A stretch of DNA of 64,000 nucleotides, from the NCBI RefSeq assembly GCF_009914755.1, contig NC_060944.1. The stretch is one strand, 5' to 3'. Numbering within the stretch: the stretch's first letter is position 1; the number at the start of each line of letters is the position of its first letter. Shown here in pieces: positions 60,102-64,000 of the stretch. The notes beneath the pieces were generated by a model. It did no database searches. It was not told where the DNA came from and saw only the letters and a program-made list of their open reading frames with translations. A program made the position numbers and the translations under genes. This stretch comes from the human T2T-CHM13v2.0 reference genome, Homo sapiens.

Positions 60102-63100
60102 TGGGTCTCCAGGCAGCGGCCGTCGCCGCATCCCCGGCAGCAGCTCCAGGCAAAGTGACAGGTAGGAAAAGGCATTTCGGGTCCCGCCCGAGGATGCTCC
60201 CGCCCGCCTTGGCCCTCAGGGCTTGTTTGCTTTCCGCGGGTGCGTCCCGGACGCGCGCGCGCGCGCACCCGGATGCCCAGCGGGGACCCCGTGCAGGTGC
60301 CGGGTGCCAGGCGCCCTGTGCGCGCGGGAGGCAGGGGACCCAGACGCCATCCCCCTTCCCCTGCAGTCATCGCCTGCTGGGTTTCCTCAGACTCTCTCCA
60401 GACGTTCACCCTCTTCTGGGCTAGAAATAGCTCGGCTCGACGTGTATATGATTATTTTGGTTGGAAATAGTTGGCACCGTGCAACGCATGTAAATGTGTA
60501 TGCGTGTGGATCTTCTTGCCTCTTCTGGGGAAATCATAGAAATGATTGACCGTTTCCACTTAAAACAACACTGACAGGCTTAGCACTCATTGGGGGCAGG
60601 GTTCGGGCCTCCTAAAAGCCTGTTAGTGAAGGAAATCCTTATTTTCAGAATTTTAAAGTTGCTTTTGCTTTAACCAATTAGACTCTGTATAGTACAATAC
60701 TTCTGAGTGTAGACTTCGTATATGGTACTGAATCGAAGTATGGAAATATGGAATTCTCTAATTTCCAAGTGTGTTTAAGTGCAACTTTATCTAGAATCAT
60801 AAAACTAGCATTTTCCTAGAGAGAAATACAACTGCCCACTATAGTTTCCATAAATATGGATATATCTGAAAGATGACCCTACTCTTCCAACTTTTTTTCC
60901 TCTTAACTTCTGTAGTGATTCTAGCTATTGTTCTAAAACATGTATTTGAAATTTAATTTTGGCCAGAATATTCAGGAAAGGTGTTTTTTTTTCCATATAC
61001 GTAATACTTAGTGGTCTATATATTTAAGTTATAGGTATGTGGAGATAGCTGTTTAATAATTCTTTTTGTCTGGAAATAACGTTATTCAAACATAGGCAGC
61101 TATGTATCATTTTAAAATGATATTGAATTTCCCCTTAAAGAGAAATCAGATTTATAATGTAAACATGACCAGGAAAAGCAACTGGTGACTTTACCTGGGG
61201 AGGCTCCAAGGAGGTTAAGAAAGTATCTGAACAACTGTGTTTTTCAGAATAGAAAAATTGTGTGTGTGTTGCGGGGGAAGGTAAAATTTTAACTTTATTC
61301 TTTTATTGTTTTCAAGACGGCTGTTTTCAGAAATGTGTGGTTGAACTGAGACCCTCATATTTTATACTCTTCAAATTTGAGTGGCCTCAGTTATAGAATC
61401 ATACAGAAGATCAAAAGTCTAGCTCAGCAGGGGCATGTGGTGTAATCCCTCACTATCTGTGTTATGTAATCCAGAATGCTGTTTTTCATAGGACAGTCTT
61501 GCATGATCCTTAGCTGGTGTATTGATCTATTATATCATCTTCCTTTTGAACTGTAGTAGTTTAATAAATGATTGCCATCTTTGGAGAGCACCTGTTTTCA
61601 TAAAAAATCACTTTTTGAAATGGCAAAACATTTTTATTGGCACTTTTATGAACGTAAGACTTGCTGCCAGACGAGTAACCTTTTGAATGTGACGTATTAT
61701 AACATATCTAAAGGTACCATGTATTAGCTTATGGACTACACTTCCTTCCAACTATATTATTACTCAACAGTTGGAACTTAGTTTTGATGATATTACTACC
61801 CAGCTCTGAATTAATCGCTGTTGAAAATGCTGTTCTACAAGTAACTGTCAAAACAGAATTTCTAACTCCATTTGATCACTGGGTGCACATTTAAATCTGT
61901 CGGAATAACTCTACCTTTATTTTGCAAATGCATACCCACGCAGAAAGCTTTGTTCTAAAATACTCTATTGGAAGTTTTATATTTATATGCCTGAAAATGT
62001 GAGTGATGTTAAACTGCTTACATGTCCTGGAATCGTGAGGCGGTGTGTTTTTGCCTTATGAGATAAAGAAATATGGTAGTTGAAAAAGTGTTACAGGTTA
62101 CCAAAAACCTTTTGCAGGAAAAGATTTTAAAAATTTGTATCACCTCTGAAATATTTCAACCACAGCAGAGTCCATTCAGTGCCCGTAGCACAGCTAGTTT
62201 GCCTTTCCCAAGATTACACACAACTGTCTTTAGATTAATGTATACTGCTGACTTTGGCAACATGGGACAGTTATATTTGGCAATTTCAGTAAACATTGTA
62301 TTTTCCTAAGATACCACTAACTTCATTTTGGGGTTTGATTTATTAAGAATTGAAATGTTTGCCTGGTATTCATCTTTACCTCACCCTCTAAGTAAAATTG
62401 AGGTAAAAGTGAGCTTCAGGGCTGCTGTGCTGTTTTCCTTGTGATCACATTAGCATGCTAATTTGTGAAAGGATGTAACAATATAAGTGAAATTAGCTTC
62501 TGAGTTTAGTGTCTGAATTTTCATCCCCAGTTTTTCAGATGTAGCTGGAAAACTCAAATAACAGAATTAATGAAAAAATTTTGCAGATTATTAAAAAAAA
62601 TTAGTAATTAGCTGAGTTTGATTTTTTATTTTGAAATCTTGAGAGTAAATTTTATCTTTTCGGATTAGAGCACTTAGGTAATGTAAGAAAGATTTTGGAT
62701 TTCTCATGCTCTCCACACTTAATAGTAAACTATTTTTGAGGAAGTATAAATTTTCTTTGAAACTTAAAATTATTTAGCAGGCTGTGACTAAATTTTTGTT
62801 TGTGATCACTTATAAAGTAAGGGTGAAACAGCATGTTGATTAGCACCGCCGACCCAGGTCTTTTAATAAACTGTCTATCTACCACAGTTGAGTCCCTGTA
62901 AAACCAAGAACTTCTGTATTTGATATGCAAAATTAGGTCAAGGACTAATGGAGATGCTTTAATGATCACAGTTGGTATTTTATGTCCAGATTGAAGTTTT
63001 TAAAATAGTTGCTTTTCACCTCATAATATATGAATGTGTAGGCCATATTAGTGTCTGTCAAGGAGACTTATCTGCCTGTTGGGAAATAAATACAGCTTTT

Positions 63101-64000
63101 CATCGCTGGTGGGAGGCAGCAGTGACTTTCTGTGGTTTTGCTGTTGGTTTTCAGATGTGAACTGTGTTTGCAAGGACACTGCTTAATTCTCAGTGCTGTC
63201 CATTCCACATTTTCCTATTTCCCTCTCATATTGGGAAAATGAATAAACTTGTGTAGCTCTTTCTTCTATTCCTTAGTATTTGTTTGTTTAATAGTTTTGC
63301 TTTTGATAAAGCCTCACCCTTTAAAGTAGAAATACTTTCTCAAATTGTAATATTATTTATCTAGTTATGCCTTAGAATGATATAAAGGTTTTACATGTTC
63401 CTAGGCTGTGATTCTTTAGCTAACCAAATATAAAAATGAGTTTACTTCCTTGCCAGTGGAGGCAGACCTGGGTGATTATGCATTACTGAGTGGATGAGTG
63501 TGATGTTTACATTGTCTTGGTTGGAATTAAGCTTGCTTTGAAAATATCACCCTGGAATAACTTTTATTTGCAAGGCCCACTTCACTCCTTTGCAGCAACC
63601 ACTCCCAAACCCCATTTTCTGGGTGGAAGGGTAGAAAGAGTCTGGGTGGAAGCTCACGACTTTGGATGCTTTTTTATGCTGAAGGCGTAACCCAAGTTTC
63701 TAGAGGAGATGAAAGTAATAATGCTGTACCTTTCAAATCTCAGCTAGGAGATCCTTATGTTCCAGGGAATGAATGACCAGCAGAGTGTTTATTTTCCCTG
63801 CATGCACTTCGTCTACTTTTCCTTTCCTTTATCAAATAAAAATAGTTGAAATGGACATAAATCGAAGGTTTTTCTCTGAACACCTCTCTTACTCACTACT
63901 TATAAAACCTTCAATGAGAATGTCACACACCATGTGACCATAAGATAGTGTTATCTTCTCCCCTTTCCTGGGATTCTCCTTCAAAGCTCAAAGGATCTTT

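Larger units (their letters stand above)
58640..60500. promoter_or_regulatory. CpG island promoter
   Basis: Abrupt switch to very high GC with dense CpG, no repeats, several GGGCGG boxes; surrounding DNA is CpG-depleted. Confidence 0.95.

Noticed and set aside
59111-60409. 432-aa minus-strand ORF and overlapping 170-225 aa ORFs
   Set aside because: Stop-poor because of extreme GC content; low-complexity G/P/R/A sequence; crosses a dinucleotide repeat; long ORFs occur in several frames on both strands; no recognisable domain.
58640-64000. Naming the gene (weak recollection that this could be the OSBPL6 5' end)
   Set aside because: There is no coding exon in the window to confirm it and the recollection is not reliable; BLAT of 59629-59858 would settle it.

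Overview
Primate (very likely human) genomic DNA with no supportable protein-coding exon. Bases 1 to about 58,500 are repeat-dense: roughly 30 Alu copies, L1/L2/MIR fragments, MaLR and ERV1 LTRs, hAT and Tc-mariner elements, and a deeply nested MLT1 > Tigger1 > (MER1A, L1, Alu) stack at about 36.9-42.4 kb. A strong CpG island at about 58.6-60.5 kb carries a probable + strand first exon ending in a GAG|GTAAGG donor at 59858/59859. A repeat-poor first intron then runs to the window end. I cannot name the gene reliably. The most unusual signal is a series of locally templated insertions and duplications with microhomology or fold-back scars: a 29-bp hairpin array fused to a 72-bp copy of sequence 2.5 kb upstream; an Alu copied together with its flanks and TSDs into an L1 tail; a miniature direct-inverted-direct triplication; and several duplications at Alu junctions. 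There is also an apparent L1-retroposed MaLR LTR transcript end. Repeat family names come from recalled consensus features, not a database search, so subfamily calls and the edges of old repeats are approximate.
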